NCBI GenBank assembly: GCA_002269645.1
Contig: NIVC01001309.1
Location: 1-64,000 of the forward strand
Direction: 5' to 3'
Length of the DNA: 64,000 bases
Source of the DNA: Macrostomum lignano
Taxonomy: Eukaryota
In this document: positions 1 through 12,884 of the stretch, in pieces
How the letters are laid out: each line of letters starts with the position of its first letter
Numbering within the stretch: the first letter of the stretch is position 1
Notes under the pieces: model-generated
Told to the model about the DNA's origin: nothing
Database searches by the model: none
The model's input: the letters and a program-made list of their open reading frames with translations, nothing else
Translations under genes and position numbers: made by a program

Positions 1-943
1 CTTTCGCTTCTTCCACCCTGCCAGCAAAGGAGGATCGCGATGCTCGTGACGCATTAAAAGAAAACTGCAACAGATGCCGTCTTATTTCATTTATTCAGGT
101 CGGTAGCTCGCAACTCATGCTCGAAGCCAACGCTAGGTCTCTTTCACCCTGGCTGTCGCGGTTTATCAATACACATGCATACTGCTCCATCATAGACTCA
201 GCTTTCTTCCCAAAACTTGGCAAAAATTTGCTTCTATAATTGAAAGGCTTCCGTCATTGTCGGTCTGAAAGCTTTCAGCATTTTAGCAACCTGTCAAGGT
301 TCTGACACTGTTGTTTTCAATCTGGCTCTTTCTTCGCCAGTGAAACAATATTTCAATCCTATCGGAATTCCAGTTACCTCAAAGAAGAAGTATGAAACCG
401 CATTATCAATTCCCGATGGCACTTGATATAATTTGATTGACGTCCCGTGTCTGCAAATACCAATATCTGTGATGAGCATCATTTGCATATATCTAGATAT
501 GTGTGCATAACAACGTCATCTATTTAATAATACTTGCATTGCAAGTATTGCTAATATTGGTGTACTTTGAAGACGTCTGTAGTACCAGAGTCGGATATTT
601 TTCAATAGTCTCAAAGCAGTGTTCAAGCCAAGCTCAAATGAAAAAAGCAACAATGATTCGCATAACGAAAGGTATTGAGTATTCTTTTATCAGACACAAT
701 CGTTTATTGCCAGAAAAAGGGAATCTATCAGTAGTTTTTTCACGATCGTTAAATTACCAAGCTTGGTGATACAGTGGCTCAAGGGGGGCTTGGAGCGGTT
801 GTGAGCGAGTGTCTGTGTGTGTGTTAATTCAGTCAGTTTTGTCTGCTTGCAGCGCTTTTAAATTTTCGAATTAGCATTCTGTCGAGTAAAGTTAATCCAT
901 TTTGGCTCGGGTTGCTCAGGATTAGAGACACGCCAGAAGATTT

Positions 944-1539
944 TTAGCCCAGTCGAGACTGGGCGCTCCAGACGCGCTTGTCGAGGTTCGCCTCTTCGAA
1001 GGCGATGATGGCGTGGTTGTTGTTGTTGATGGCGTCATCCCAGGCCTTCTTTCCCAGTCGGGAACCGGCATGCCAGGCCTTCTTTCCCAGTCGGGAACCG
1101 GCATGCCAGGCCTTCTTACCCAATCGGAACCGGCATGCCAGGCCTTCTTTCCCAGTCGGGAACCGGCATGCCAGGCCCTCTTCTTTCCCAGTCGGGAACC
1201 GGCATGCCAGGCCCTCTTCTTTCCCAGTCGGGAACCGGCATGCCAGGCCTTCTTACCCAATCGGGAACCGGCATGCCAGGCCTTCTTTCCCAGTCGGGAA
1301 CCGGCATGCCAGGCCCTCTTCTTTCCCAGTCGGGAACCGGCATGCCAGGCCTTCTTCAGCACAGCATCGTAATAATCAGAGTCAGCTCTATCCATGTACA
1401 TCCTGTACATTGCCTCCAGTTCGTCCAGACTGTCTCCGTCATGATGTTCGTCGTCTACGGCATGGTGAGACGAAGCTGAGCAGGACACTACGGCAATGGA
1501 GATCAGCAGTAGAGTCGCAATTAACGGGTGCTTCAGCAT
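944..1539 (-). CDS. Amidated neuropeptide precursor (9x AWHAGSRL-NH2 plus 1x VWSAQSRL-NH2), with a 1-bp frameshift at ~1126
   Basis: Signal peptide MLKHPLIATLLLISIAVVSCSA and an acidic pro-region, then repeats of KK(R)-AWHAGSRL-G (dibasic cleavage site plus Gly amide donor). Unit 7 reads caatcggaac at 1121-1130 where the sister unit reads caatcgggaac. Restoring one G gives ...AWHAGSRLGKKAWDDAINNNNHAIIAFEEANLDKRVWSAQSRLG-stop (TAA at 944-946), 198 aa. AATAAA on the minus strand at 703-708. Confidence 0.93.
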
Positions 1540-1699
1540 GTCCGTTGCTGCTGGCTCAACGTCGTTATAGTCTGTGGGTAATCAGTAGAGCTCGTCAAGA
1601 CGTGTTAATCCCTGTCGTTGAGATAGCACGGGAAGCGAAGCAACTGGGTTAGCTAGGAGCAGTGAGTCCTCTTTTAGAGCTGGGAGCTGGTGTCGCTAC

Positions 1700-1780
1700 T
1701 GATGCTGTAGGCCAATCGCCTTACGATTAGGAGGGGTGGGGGGGGGTTTCTCGTGCGTCACACGACATTGGTTGGCTGAG
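1700..1780 (-). promoter_or_regulatory. Candidate proximal promoter of the neuropeptide gene
   Basis: CCAAT motifs on both strands (ggccaatc ~1711; attgg ~1767), a G-rich tract and TGCGTCA (AP-1/CRE-like) lie 160-240 bp upstream of the ATG. Confidence 0.3.
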
Positions 1781-2821
1781 CAAAAGAGTGGATTTTGGGA
1801 GTTTCAGCGAATCGTTTCTAAAGCCGTATGGAATTAGGATTTCAAACAAGAATCGTCTGTTGGTAGTCATGGATTCGTGTACCTACCCGTATCAGTTACA
1901 GTTTCTCAGGATAGCATACCAGAGTTCAGGATGTGAGCACAGTGTTCTGCAGGATGTGAGCTTTGCACCAGCAATTTGAACTTGTTTAAATAATTCTCTT
2001 TGCATTCGTTGTTGATTTTGTGTTTAAAATCAATACGCGCTTCGGGTCCCAATGGACTGCCTCTCGGAGAGCAGATTTAGCTGAAACCATTCAGCTCTGT
2101 TCACTTAGGCTCGTTCAATCAGGCTGGCTTTAGCGCTAATTCAATTTCAATCGGATGATGAAGGCTGGATCAGTCAGTTTAGATTGCTATTTTTGCAAAA
2201 AACCGCCGTATTTAACAAATGGATTATCGGTTAGAGCTTGATGTTAAAATAGATATTCGAATTGACAGCTTAAAACCGCGGCTATTAGCGTAGAATCTCG
2301 TCGATTTTGTTATACTCGCAGTTCGACGTAATTACGTTATTACGTCTCGAATGCGGCACGCGAATCGGCAATCCAGTATTTTTATGCGCACTCCATAAAA
2401 CTGCAATGAATACATTTCGGCGAGAGATGGTTGGGAAAAATTGAGGATCTGGGTTAAGCGCGAAATTTATCCATTAGTCACAAAATACAGGGCACGCAAT
2501 TGCGACTCCATAAAGGTAGTCAGTTGGCAATAAAATATCATATTGGGGAACAGATTTTAGTAAACTGGGACATGAAACTTTATGCCAAAACTTTTATAGA
2601 AATATTTTACAGGCTGGTGTACCTAATTAGAACTCTGAGATTCAAAAAGGTAGCAACAAATCATTTAGTTGGGTGGCTGAATATCTCAAGAGGTCCATAA
2701 ACCCGGGTAGAGGTATCCCGAATTGATTCCGTGCTCGCCTATGAAGACCTCAAGGAACGGAGTCCGTACACTGCTTGACGATAAGAAAGTTCAGGGGCGC
2801 TGCTACACCCAGCCTGAGCAG

Positions 2822-3170
2822 CAGGCACGTCGTTACCGGGGGGGGGGACAGGGGGGACATGTCCCCCAGAAAAAGCTCTGGGGGACATGCCAATGCTTTG
2901 TCCCCCCCACCCCACCTTGCCAGTCGTTTTGGTAATCAATACTTTTCTACAGGGTGCTAAAATATAGCGCCTTCGGCGCTAAAATGAGTGCCTGCAACGC
3001 TAAAATGAGTGCCTGCTGCGCTAAAATGAGTACCTGCGGCGCTATAATGAGTGCCTGCAGCGCAAAAATGAGTTCCTGCGGCGCTAAAATGAGTGCCTAA
3101 GTTTAGTCATGTACATGTTGAATTCTTGGCTTTGTCCCCCCCACCATAAATCCATGGCGACGCCCTTGCC
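2822..3170. mobile_element. MITE, copy 1 (GGCGTCGCCA TIR family)
   Basis: The right end is TGGCGACGCC (3155-3164) and the left end is degenerate (aggcacgtcgtta). It has an internal ~21-bp tandem CTAAAATGAGTGCCTGCGGCG and is homologous, in inverted orientation, to 26443-26905. Confidence 0.75.
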
Positions 3171-6100
3171 CGAGCATGTGTATGCGCACACATCCACTTG
3201 TGTGCGTACAGCTCAGGTGTCACGGGAATGACTGTTTGGCTGCGGGTCAACTGTTTGCCTTGATCTGGGGGGCACAGCGCCCAACATCGAGAAAAATAAC
3301 TGACTAAACATCTATTCGATTGACACTATAGTTTCTTTATGAAGTAAACTAGTCAGTGATGGTAAAGTGATGGTCCAAGATGCAACAAGTCACAAAACAT
3401 TACAGGTGACAGGTAGCTTTCGATTTTGGTTTAAATTTTGCAACGAACGCATGCTGCAGTGATTAAAATTGGTTTATCAGTTTATTGAATTAGTTGTGGA
3501 ACGACGTCGTTAAAGGCGTTGCGCCAGGGTTTGTACACCTTTTCACTTTCCCTTTTGAACTACCTGCAGCCAATTTTAGTTTTATTGCATCCTGTTCCGG
3601 CAATTTTTGGTTGTGACGCAGCTTTGGTTTTAAATCAGTTTCGACAAGCTGCGATACAGATTCAACATTTTGCACACATTTCCGACAAACAGTCGATCAG
3701 TTCTAACAACTGCCAACCAATTCCGGTCAAATGAGGTAAGAAATTATCACCTGCGCTTTTCTGGTTTTGAAATTTCCATTCCAAAAACTCTTCATAAGAT
3801 TCTGCACTTACATTATGAAAAGCAGTTTACCAGGATCAATAAATACAAACCGTTAATCTATTCCTTATGGAAGCAACCATCGGTAGGATTCTGGTACAAA
3901 TTCACGAGTGGATAAAACAAGATTCGCGATTGTATCCAGTGCATGACGGCCGGGCACTATCGAATAGTAAATCACAGGGCACTTCCTGACCCTCTCTACA
4001 GTATATACTCCAGTCGATCGGATGAGTTATGGCGTGATTACCCAGATAAAAAGGTCAACGGGAGACCGCCAGAGGCTGATTTATCTAGGCTGGCTGTCTG
4101 CAAAGTTCTCCTAATTTTGTAATTGCTCGTGATACAATTTCTTATCTTTACTCGTGGCTACTCATCGACCTGCCATCATGCAAAATGGATGCACTGTGTA
4201 TTTTTGGCACATTCTGGCACAAGTGCGCAGCCTCTGAACTGCAGAAGCGCGCGACCGAAATGGTAAACTTTGGCATAAGCCAGTGCGTGCTTGGCACACG
4301 ACTCATATTGCTCATCATCACAAAGTATTGAAAAATTCGATTTCCTGAAGCACCTTTGACGTAGCAGGCGTCTTGGTTGTTTGACGTCTCTATTTCAGCA
4401 GATCTAATGACAAGTGCCAACAGAACTGGGCCTAAGTCTCTTGGTCAAACAGTTCGACACCAGCTTGTACTTCATTTTTCGTCGCGTTGTACATCAGTCA
4501 TGCTATTTAACAGCTCATTTGATGGCGGTGAGTCGGCTGGCTACGCGCATTCTCTTGAAGTTGTTTTTTAGGAGGTCCTAATTTTACTATTTTCCGTTGT
4601 CATTTTGAAGAAAAGAATTGCAAAGCAAATCTCCTTTGATCTTAATCTGCTTTTATGCAACAGTTAATTGTCGTCTTTTTATATAAGCACAAGTACGATC
4701 GCACTTAAGCTCGCGTAAAAACAGGATTGTTTTCCGTCTAAAAAAACAATTAGAAATGACCAGGAGACAAATTCTAAGGTGGAAAAACTGCCTTGCTTTT
4801 GTCGGCTCAAAGTTTTTGCTTTGCTTTCTCCCATCTCTTTTTCTGCCTCTTCTTCTGTAGTTCTGAGGGCTATAGCGCATTGCTTTAATTAGAATAGTGT
4901 TGTCCTCACCCGCTGAGAGCTGCGCGACTTGCGACACCTCCTAATTTCCTTCTAATGAACTCTATATTCAGCTGTTCTCACTAGCGGCTACCCTACGCCT
5001 ATACGTACTTAGTTAGATTTGTACAAAATCCCATCTCATCAGACGCGGCCTCGTGATCCCATCCGGTGGGCCAATTTGTCGCGAATTCTTCATCTGGCTG
5101 GCTGTCGTCAGTCCTAGCAGACCCGTCAGGACACGTTGAGTTTCGGGTGTCTTGAAGCCTCTCCTCTGAATTATTCAAATAAGTCCAGACGGGCTTCAGC
5201 CAATGAACCCCAAAACCAGAGCCTCGACTAGCAAGTCTTCCACAAACCCATTTTTGTAGACAACATTGGGCTGACTGCAATAACCTATGAGCTAGAGTCC
5301 GATGAGTACTCGACTCGAATCGACGCTGGTTTTGAGAGTTTCCCACAAAATTCAGAATTTGGACTGCAAAAACAGATTAGCAGCTGGTTTTTTAAATAAT
5401 TACTATGATTTTTAGAAAGGGAAAGAGGTAACTTTTTAGTCACCTCAAAGGCTTTTTAGAGATACGCATATAGTGTCAGATTTTATACGTCGGCCAACGT
5501 TTCTAACGGTTTAATGTAAAAAATGTAAAAAAATTGTTAAAAAACTAACAAACTCGGTGCTAATTTCTCCTTGGCCTAGCCTATGCCTCCACTGTGAGTC
5601 CTTCTAACAAACCTGTTGGCTTAATTTTTTATCGTGGAGTTGAAGTCCGCATTGACGTCCCCTAGGAAGCATCCAGCAATTCCAGACTGCATGATCTTCT
5701 TTGCAAAAGAGAATCTTTAAGAGTTGGCCCCTTGGATCTCTGATTAAGCTGTTGAAGTCGATTTTATTCTCTCAGCTGTATATGGCGTATCACCCTCCTT
5801 GTTTGTAGAATGAGCTCAGGGTTGGAATTCCCTGGGTTGAAGGTCCTCTGCGATTTCCCTGCTTTTTACGAGAATACGGATATTGCGCAGCTCTGGTGTT
5901 GAATTGGAAGTCGGCAAATAATCTTAGCGTCTATAAAATTCATTATTGCGAGTGCCGACAAGTGCTAAAAGGCGAGCAGCTTCTCAAGCTAACGTCTGAC
6001 TTTGCTTGGCGTTAAAGAATGAGGTACCGAAGTGCCGCCCGCCCAAGAGCCAAGGGCAATCCCGCTCAATTGGCCCCGCTTCATCGGATGTTTGGAATTA

Positions 6101-7244
6101 ATTTTCTTCCTCCAGCTTCCTCTCGTGAAACTCTTGAACTTACCCAGCTTCATCAATGCGGGCATAAAAATCTTTGGCCTGCCTTTATGCCTAGTGATTC
6201 TTTGAGTAAGCAGATTTACGCGTAGAACTCTATTTACACCAATAGAAAGTTGTGAAGTGATTAACAATATTATTATCAATGTCGCCATTCATTCTTAGCG
6301 GCATTTATAGAGAGTAAATTTTCGATTTATTAGTTGTACAGTAAAATCTGAAGTACAATCATAAAAACTGCGTGCAAATTATAACACTTGCTCAATATTG
6401 AGATTTATAATTTGCACTTTAAAATGATTTATATGACTGTGCTGTATTGTACTCAGCTCGAACTCTGCATGAATAGGTTATTGTTATAATATGTGCCACT
6501 CTGACTTATTAGGAGAATTTGTTGGATAAGTGCACTCTGTATCAGACCGTATCTATATGAATTGCTAATACATAAATTACCCCAATGCACCCAATGCAAT
6601 GCTGAGTGCAATCAGCGACTCCCCCATCATCTCATGTCGGATTTGTGAAGATCCGAGAGAGTTCCGACAGGCTGCAGCAACAAGCTTTCAACTTGTCTGT
6701 TTGCGTTTTATGCACCAATAAATTCCGTTATGAACAAGTTTCCTAATTAAGGCAGTGCTTAACTGAAGCCATGCACATCCTCTCTCTCTCCCTGCGCATA
6801 CTGGAGCGGAATACAATGTCAGAAATTGCAGCGTGCTTCTCGGGTCGGGACGGAATTAACTTATCATCTATCATGGAATCACGTGCCGCAAATTCTAGCA
6901 ACCCTACGGCACATCTTGCGCGAGCGTAAGCTACTAATGTGCAAGTAAGATGAGCTCTCGAGAGCGTCTGAAATTGCATACGCACCAAAGGCAACGGGGG
7001 TGAGTGAGTGACAAGCCTTGGAAGCTGGACTCAAATCACCCAGCTAGCGAGGGAATATGGAGTTGACGAAGACTACAGATCTTCAGAATAAGCAAGTTGC
7101 TGCTGATTACACAGTATCGCGTGTCCTTGGTGCAATTACAAATTGTAAGTAGCGCGTGTGCAATACAACCACACAACAACAAATACACCGTCATGGTTTT
7201 TAGCAGTCAGGGGAGCGCCGGCGTCAGCCAGCAGGCAGTCGACG

Positions 7245-7910
7245 AGGAAGAGGAAGAAGAGAGGAGAGAGGAGAGAGGAGAGAGGAGAGAGGAGAGAGGA
7301 GGAGAGGAGAGAGAGGAGAGAGGAGAGAGGAGAGAGGAGAGAGGAGAGAGGAGAGAGGAGAGAGGAGAGAGGAGAGAGGAGAGAGGAGAGAGGAGAGAGG
7401 AGAGAGGAGAGAGGAGAGAGGAGAGAGGAGAGAGGAGAGAGGAGAGAGGAGAGAAAGAGAAAGGAGGAGAGGGGAGAGAGGAGAGAGGAGAGAGAAGAGA
7501 GAAGAGAGGAAAGAGGAGAGAGGAGAGAGGAGAGAGGAGAGAGGAGAGAGGAGAGAGGAGAGAAAGAGAAAGGAGGAGAGGGGAGAGAGGAGAGAGGAGA
7601 GAGAATCGATGAGAGAGGAGAGAGGAGAGAGGAGAGAGAATCGATGAGAGAGGAGAGAGGAGAGAGGAGAGAGGAGAGAGGAGAGAGAAGAGAAAGAGAA
7701 AGGAGGAGAGGGGAGAGAGGAGAGAGGAGAGAGAAAGAGAAAAGAGGAGAGAGGAGAGAGGAGAGAGGAGAGAGGAGAGAGAAGAGAGAAGAGAGAAGAG
7801 AGGAGAGAGAAGAGAGAAGAGAGGAGAGAGAAGAGAGGAGAGAGAAGAGAGGAGAGAGAAAAGAAGAGAAAGGAGAGAGAGAAGAGGAGAGAGGAGAGAG
7901 GAAGGAGAGA
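7245..7910. repeat. Polypurine (GAGAG)n-type simple repeat
   Basis: About 660 bp consisting almost entirely of G and A. Confidence 0.97.
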
Positions 7911-9604
7911 TTATATTTATGCTTATGGTGTTGCAGCAGCTTCAAAATGCTTATACAGTTACAAAGGCCTTTTTGCGGCCAATTTTAATTCGAAAATACA
8001 GAAAATATGAAATCATTCGGAGATATTCAAAAGAGACTTGCAGTCGATGTTCTTGTGCACTGCTGTAACTGCACTCTCATACAAGAAAGTGCAATAACTA
8101 TATGCACTAATTCAAGGCCTCTGTGTACACCCTGGGATATTGATGAGCGCTGTACGTACATTTACACATATTTACTACTGGACTGGATTATACCGAAAGT
8201 GTAATAATTATTCAATATCCGCAACCGATCAGAAATAAGCTTTCTTTCCAATTCATCCGCAACCGATGCTTGAAAACTATTTCTTGTCGAGATCGCGTCC
8301 ATGAAAGAAGTGTTTGAATGGGAACCTTGATCGATAATTTCGACCCAGTCCTGTCGAAAATCGTCCGAAACTGCGTGACGAACAGACTCCCCTGGAAGTC
8401 AGATTAAATTACTTTAGCACAAGATGGGCGATGATTACATGTAGATGTTTCTGAGGCATGGAAGAACTCAGTCAGCACCATCTGTTCTCAAAGGTGCATA
8501 ACATGCATTTGAAAATTACACGTAATTAATTTACATACACGCTCGTATAGAATACAATTTACATGTCCCAGAGGTCCATCCTCTTGAAGCTTAGCAGATC
8601 AAACATTAATATAAGATAAAATTTAGTTTTTAATAATAATTAATTAATATTTATTAGGGCAGGCTGTACAAACATTTATTTTTACCTGCGCAATCTAACG
8701 CTAATATTAGTAGTTCTGATTTTAGGAAATGTACAATTGCCAATTTCAGTCTTGGACTGAACAGCCGTACGCAGTCTTGCACAGTTAAAAAAATAAGTCA
8801 TTGTCACAAGCAGCAGAGATCTCGGACTAAACTCTGCAACTAAAGATAATTTTGCGGTTACAAATATTGATTGAATTTTACTGCAATTCAGTCAGCAGTG
8901 AGGCGCTGTCAATCAAACCACCTCGCTCATTCGGTAATTATTATTTATCTATTTAATTATTATCGTAAGCGAGGCAATCCGTCGCGGCAAAAATCACACA
9001 AAATTTTAATAAAGAAAAATCCGGGTCGGCGAAGCTATGAGGTTATTTTTGAAGCGGCGTCATGAAACATTAAATTTAGGAGTTACACTCCAAGCGGCTA
9101 CTAACAGTAGGAAGCCAAACAAATCCGACCCGAAATTGTTCTTCATTTAACAAAAATCTACTGAGCGCCAATTCAATTGTAGTGCGTAGACGTGTTTTTA
9201 TTATTTATTAATTAGTGCATCGTTCAACTATGTTATCTCGGGTAGAACTATTAATACAAGCCATCAGAGGATCAATCCTACCTGTAACTTTCTGGACACA
9301 CAGAGCCAAGTTTGCAATTCTAAAACCAGGCAAGCAAGTAAAATGGAGAGAGGTTTAACAAAGCGCGATGTTTTGCAGGAAAAAAACGGAGCAACAACAC
9401 AAACAGTACACGGTTGCTGAATATTATCATAACAAATAACAGCGGTATAACTGCGATGAGTCGCTTGTTAAGAAATCAGAATTAAAACAACACAATACGA
9501 AGCCAGACAAATTAACTGAAAGCAGAGAATGACAACAACAAAAATTTAGTTGCACAACATCTACGATACTCTGAAAAGTTATCGTCAGACAAACCAATGG
9601 AAAA

Positions 9605-9966
9605 CTACTGATAAATGTACGTTGTGGGTAGAGGCGGGGGTAAGACAGCGGGAGTGAGGTGGGTGGCATTGACTGCCGATGAATGAGCATTGGGGTAGAG
9701 AGGCAGGGTTAAGCCGGGGGAGTGAGGTGGGTGGCATTGACTGCCGATGAGTGTACATTGGGGGTAGAGGGGCAGGGAGAGACAGGGGGAGTGAGGTGGG
9801 TGGAATTGACTGCTGATGAATGTACATTGGGGGTAGAGGCAGGGTTAAGACAGGGGGAGTGAGGTGGGTGGCATTGACTGCCGATGAATGTACATTGGGG
9901 GTAGAGAGGCAGGGGTAAGAGAGGGGGAGTGAGGTGGGTGGCATTGACTGCCGATGAATGTACATG
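9605..9966. repeat. ~69-bp G-rich minisatellite, ~5 copies
   Basis: GGGAGTGAGGTGGGTGGCATTGACTGCCGATGAATG recurs at ~9650, 9718, 9787, 9856 and 9926. Confidence 0.92.
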
Positions 9967-11009
9967 GGGTAGGGGGTTCCTTGGGGCACTTAAGGAAATA
10001 TTGATTCAGGAGTTTTCCATTGAGTAACCAGCCAGACCAATTGGAGTTCACGGTGATTTTCCAACCCCCCAAAGCTGAGAGACGATAGTTTCAGGCCTAC
10101 AATAATATAAATATACATATGCATCGATATCTAAACGAAAGTACACAGGTGTTGTTGGGTTTTAAAAGGCTGGTGCAAAAATAAATAATAAATGAATAAA
10201 AATCAAATCTGACATACAGACGTATAATTTATATATAAGAGAGAAATTAATACGAGAACGACATAGCAAGATTTAGTCGCGAACAGAATGAAATAAATTA
10301 TGATAACCGATGCGAGTAATTAAAAAACAGCAGGCTTTTATATTGAAATTTAATAAAGCCAGGTGTCTTCTCGAAGCACAGAGGAGTGATGATTGAAAAT
10401 AAAACAGTTATAGTATGGCATAAAATTTAGATATAAAAATGATATTTCACACAACACACGCACTAACAAAAAAGGGGGACTGTTATCACAGAGAAAGCAA
10501 ATTAGCTGAATACAAAGACACTGCCTGCGTTCTAAAGTTTTATTTAGTCTTTTATACATACCCACCATAATTATTTTAAATAGCATACATACTACTTGCC
10601 GCTAGTAGTGCAACAGCCTCGTTACCTATCAAGAGAAACTTCACAATACAGCCCCCAGTATTTTGTAAACATATTGAAATTTGTTAAAAATGAAAAATTG
10701 CACACTTAAATCTAATTAAAATGAAACAATAGAGCAGAGTAATACTAAATTAACTTGGATTTGCAAGGTTAGCTGACAACAATAAAACTGATATTTTGCA
10801 TTACAAGCTCGCTTGAGTTTGGCTAAGCCTACATTATCCCACTTAAAGGATTGCATAGCGGCGAGCATTCAAACATTTTTTAAAGATGGCTTTTATAAAG
10901 CCGAAAAATTAAATTAGTAGCAATAAACACAAAGTATAAAATATGTTAACCGGAAGAAATATGCAGCTTTGAGTAGCCAGTTGCTATGCAATGGATCTCA
11001 TCTGACTGA

Positions 11010-12568
11010 GTCGGGATCAGCCTAATTCAATAGAGATGTGATCTCACTTGAGTCTGATGAGATCTCAGTCGAGTCTGATGGGATCTCACTAGAGTCTGAT
11101 GAGATCTCACTTGAGTATGATGGGATCTCACTGGAGTATGATGGGATCTCACTTGAGTCTGATGGGATCTCATTTGAGTCTGATGAGATCTCATTTGAGT
11201 ATGATGGGATCTCACTCTTGAGTATGATGGGATCTCACTTGAGTATGATGGGATCTCACTGGAGTATGATGGGATCTCACTCTTGAGTATGATGGGATCT
11301 CACTCTTGAGTATGATGGGATCTCACTCTTGAGTATGATGGGATCTCACTCTTGATTATGATGGGATCTCACTCTTGAGTATGATGGGATCTCACTGGAG
11401 TATGATGAGATCTCAGTCGAGTCTGATGGGATCTCACTAGAGTCTGATGAGATCTCACTTGAGTATGATGGGATCTCACTGGAGTATGATGGGATCTCAC
11501 TCTTGAGTATGATGGGATCTCACTCTTGATTATGATGGGATCTCACTCTTGAGTATGATGGGATCTCACTCTTGAGTATGATGGGATCTCACTCTTGAGT
11601 ATGATGGGATCTCACTCTTGAGTATGATGGGATCTCACTCTTGATTATGATGGGATCTCACTCTTGAGTATGATGGGATCTCACTCTTGAGTATGATGGG
11701 ATCTCACTCTTGAGTCTGATGGGATCTCACTCTTGAGTATGATGGGATCTCACTCTTGATTATGATGGGATCTCACTCTTGAGTATGATGGGATCTCACT
11801 CTTGAGTCTGATGGGATCTCACTCTTGAGTCTGATGGGATCTCACTCTTGAGTATGATGGGATCTCACTGGAGTATGATGAGATCTCAGTCGAGTCTGAT
11901 GGGATCTCACTAGAGTCTGATGAGATCTCACTTGAGTATGATGGGATCTCACTGGAGTATGATGGGATCTCACTCTTGAGTATGATGGGATCTCACTCTT
12001 GATTATGATGGGATCTCACTCTTGAGTATGATGGGATCTCACTCTTGAGTATGATGGGATCTCACTCTTGAGTCTGATGGGATCTCACTCTTGAGTATGA
12101 TGGGATCTCACTCTTGAGTATGATGGGATCTCACTCTTGAGTATGATGGGATCTCACTCTTGAGTCTGATGGGATCTCACTCTTGAGTATGATGGGATCT
12201 CACTCTTGATTATGATGGGATCTCACTCTTGAGTATGATGGGATCTCACTCTTGAGTCTGATGGGATCTCACTCTTGATTATGATGGGATCTCACTCTTG
12301 AGTATGATGGGATCTCACTCTTGAGTATGATGGGATCTCACTCTTGAGTATGATGGGATCTCACTCTTGAGTATGATGGGATCTCACTCTTGATTATGAT
12401 GGGATCTCACTCTTGAGTATGATGGGATCTCACTCTTGAGTATGATGGGATCTCACTCTTGAGTATGATGGGATCTCACTCTTGAGTATGATGGGATCTC
12501 ACTCTTGAGTATGATGGGATCTCACTCTTGAGTATGATGGGATCTCACTCTTGAGTATGATGGGATCT
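11010..12568. repeat. 21/23-bp minisatellite (GATGGGATCTCACTCTTGAGTAT)
   Basis: 21-bp units at the left end change to 23-bp units. A variant block recurs at ~11060, ~11395 and ~11865. Confidence 0.97.
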
Positions 12569-12884
12569 CAAAGGAGTGTGACAGAATCTTATCTGCGAAG
12601 GCTGGGATCTTACCCGAGTGGGATGGCACCCCACTCGAATGTGATGGTATCTGACCTGATTGACTTGGGGAATCAGTTCCTCATTTTGGTACGCAGGTTT
12701 GGGTTAAGCCTAGGGCCTGGATTAAGCAAGGGAAACAATAAATATTTAATAATTAAAATAATAACCAACAGAAATGTGATTAAAAACACAAATTATAAAC
12801 TGAATAAGTAGATGGAGATTAGCGCCTGGCTGATATGAAGCGGCAAAACATTGGCTCAGTCTTACTCTCCCCCCCCCCCAAATT

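Noticed and set aside
922-1125. C-terminus RRPGMPVPDWE...KNLLACL given in the ORF track
   Set aside because: It results from the 1-bp deletion. The restored frame gives canonical peptides and a stop at 944-946.
978-1652. Plus-strand and alternative-frame ORFs over the neuropeptide gene
   Set aside because: They are shadow frames of the 33/36-bp peptide-coding repeat.
5640-5680. LGDVNAD on the minus strand, resembling the LINE APE endonuclease motif GDFN
   Set aside because: It is an isolated motif flanked by stops, and no other APE or RT motifs were found nearby.
7097-7988. ER-rich and LS-rich ORFs, and similar ones at 34386-36725, 31505-32743, 45343-46002, 48747-49478 and 18989-19912
   Set aside because: They are translations of simple repeats or minisatellites.
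9360-9600. Degenerate C2H2-like text (RYNCDESLVKKSELKQH...KFSC)
   Set aside because: It has in-frame stops and lacks the second Cys/His ligands, so it is too weak to call a pseudogene.
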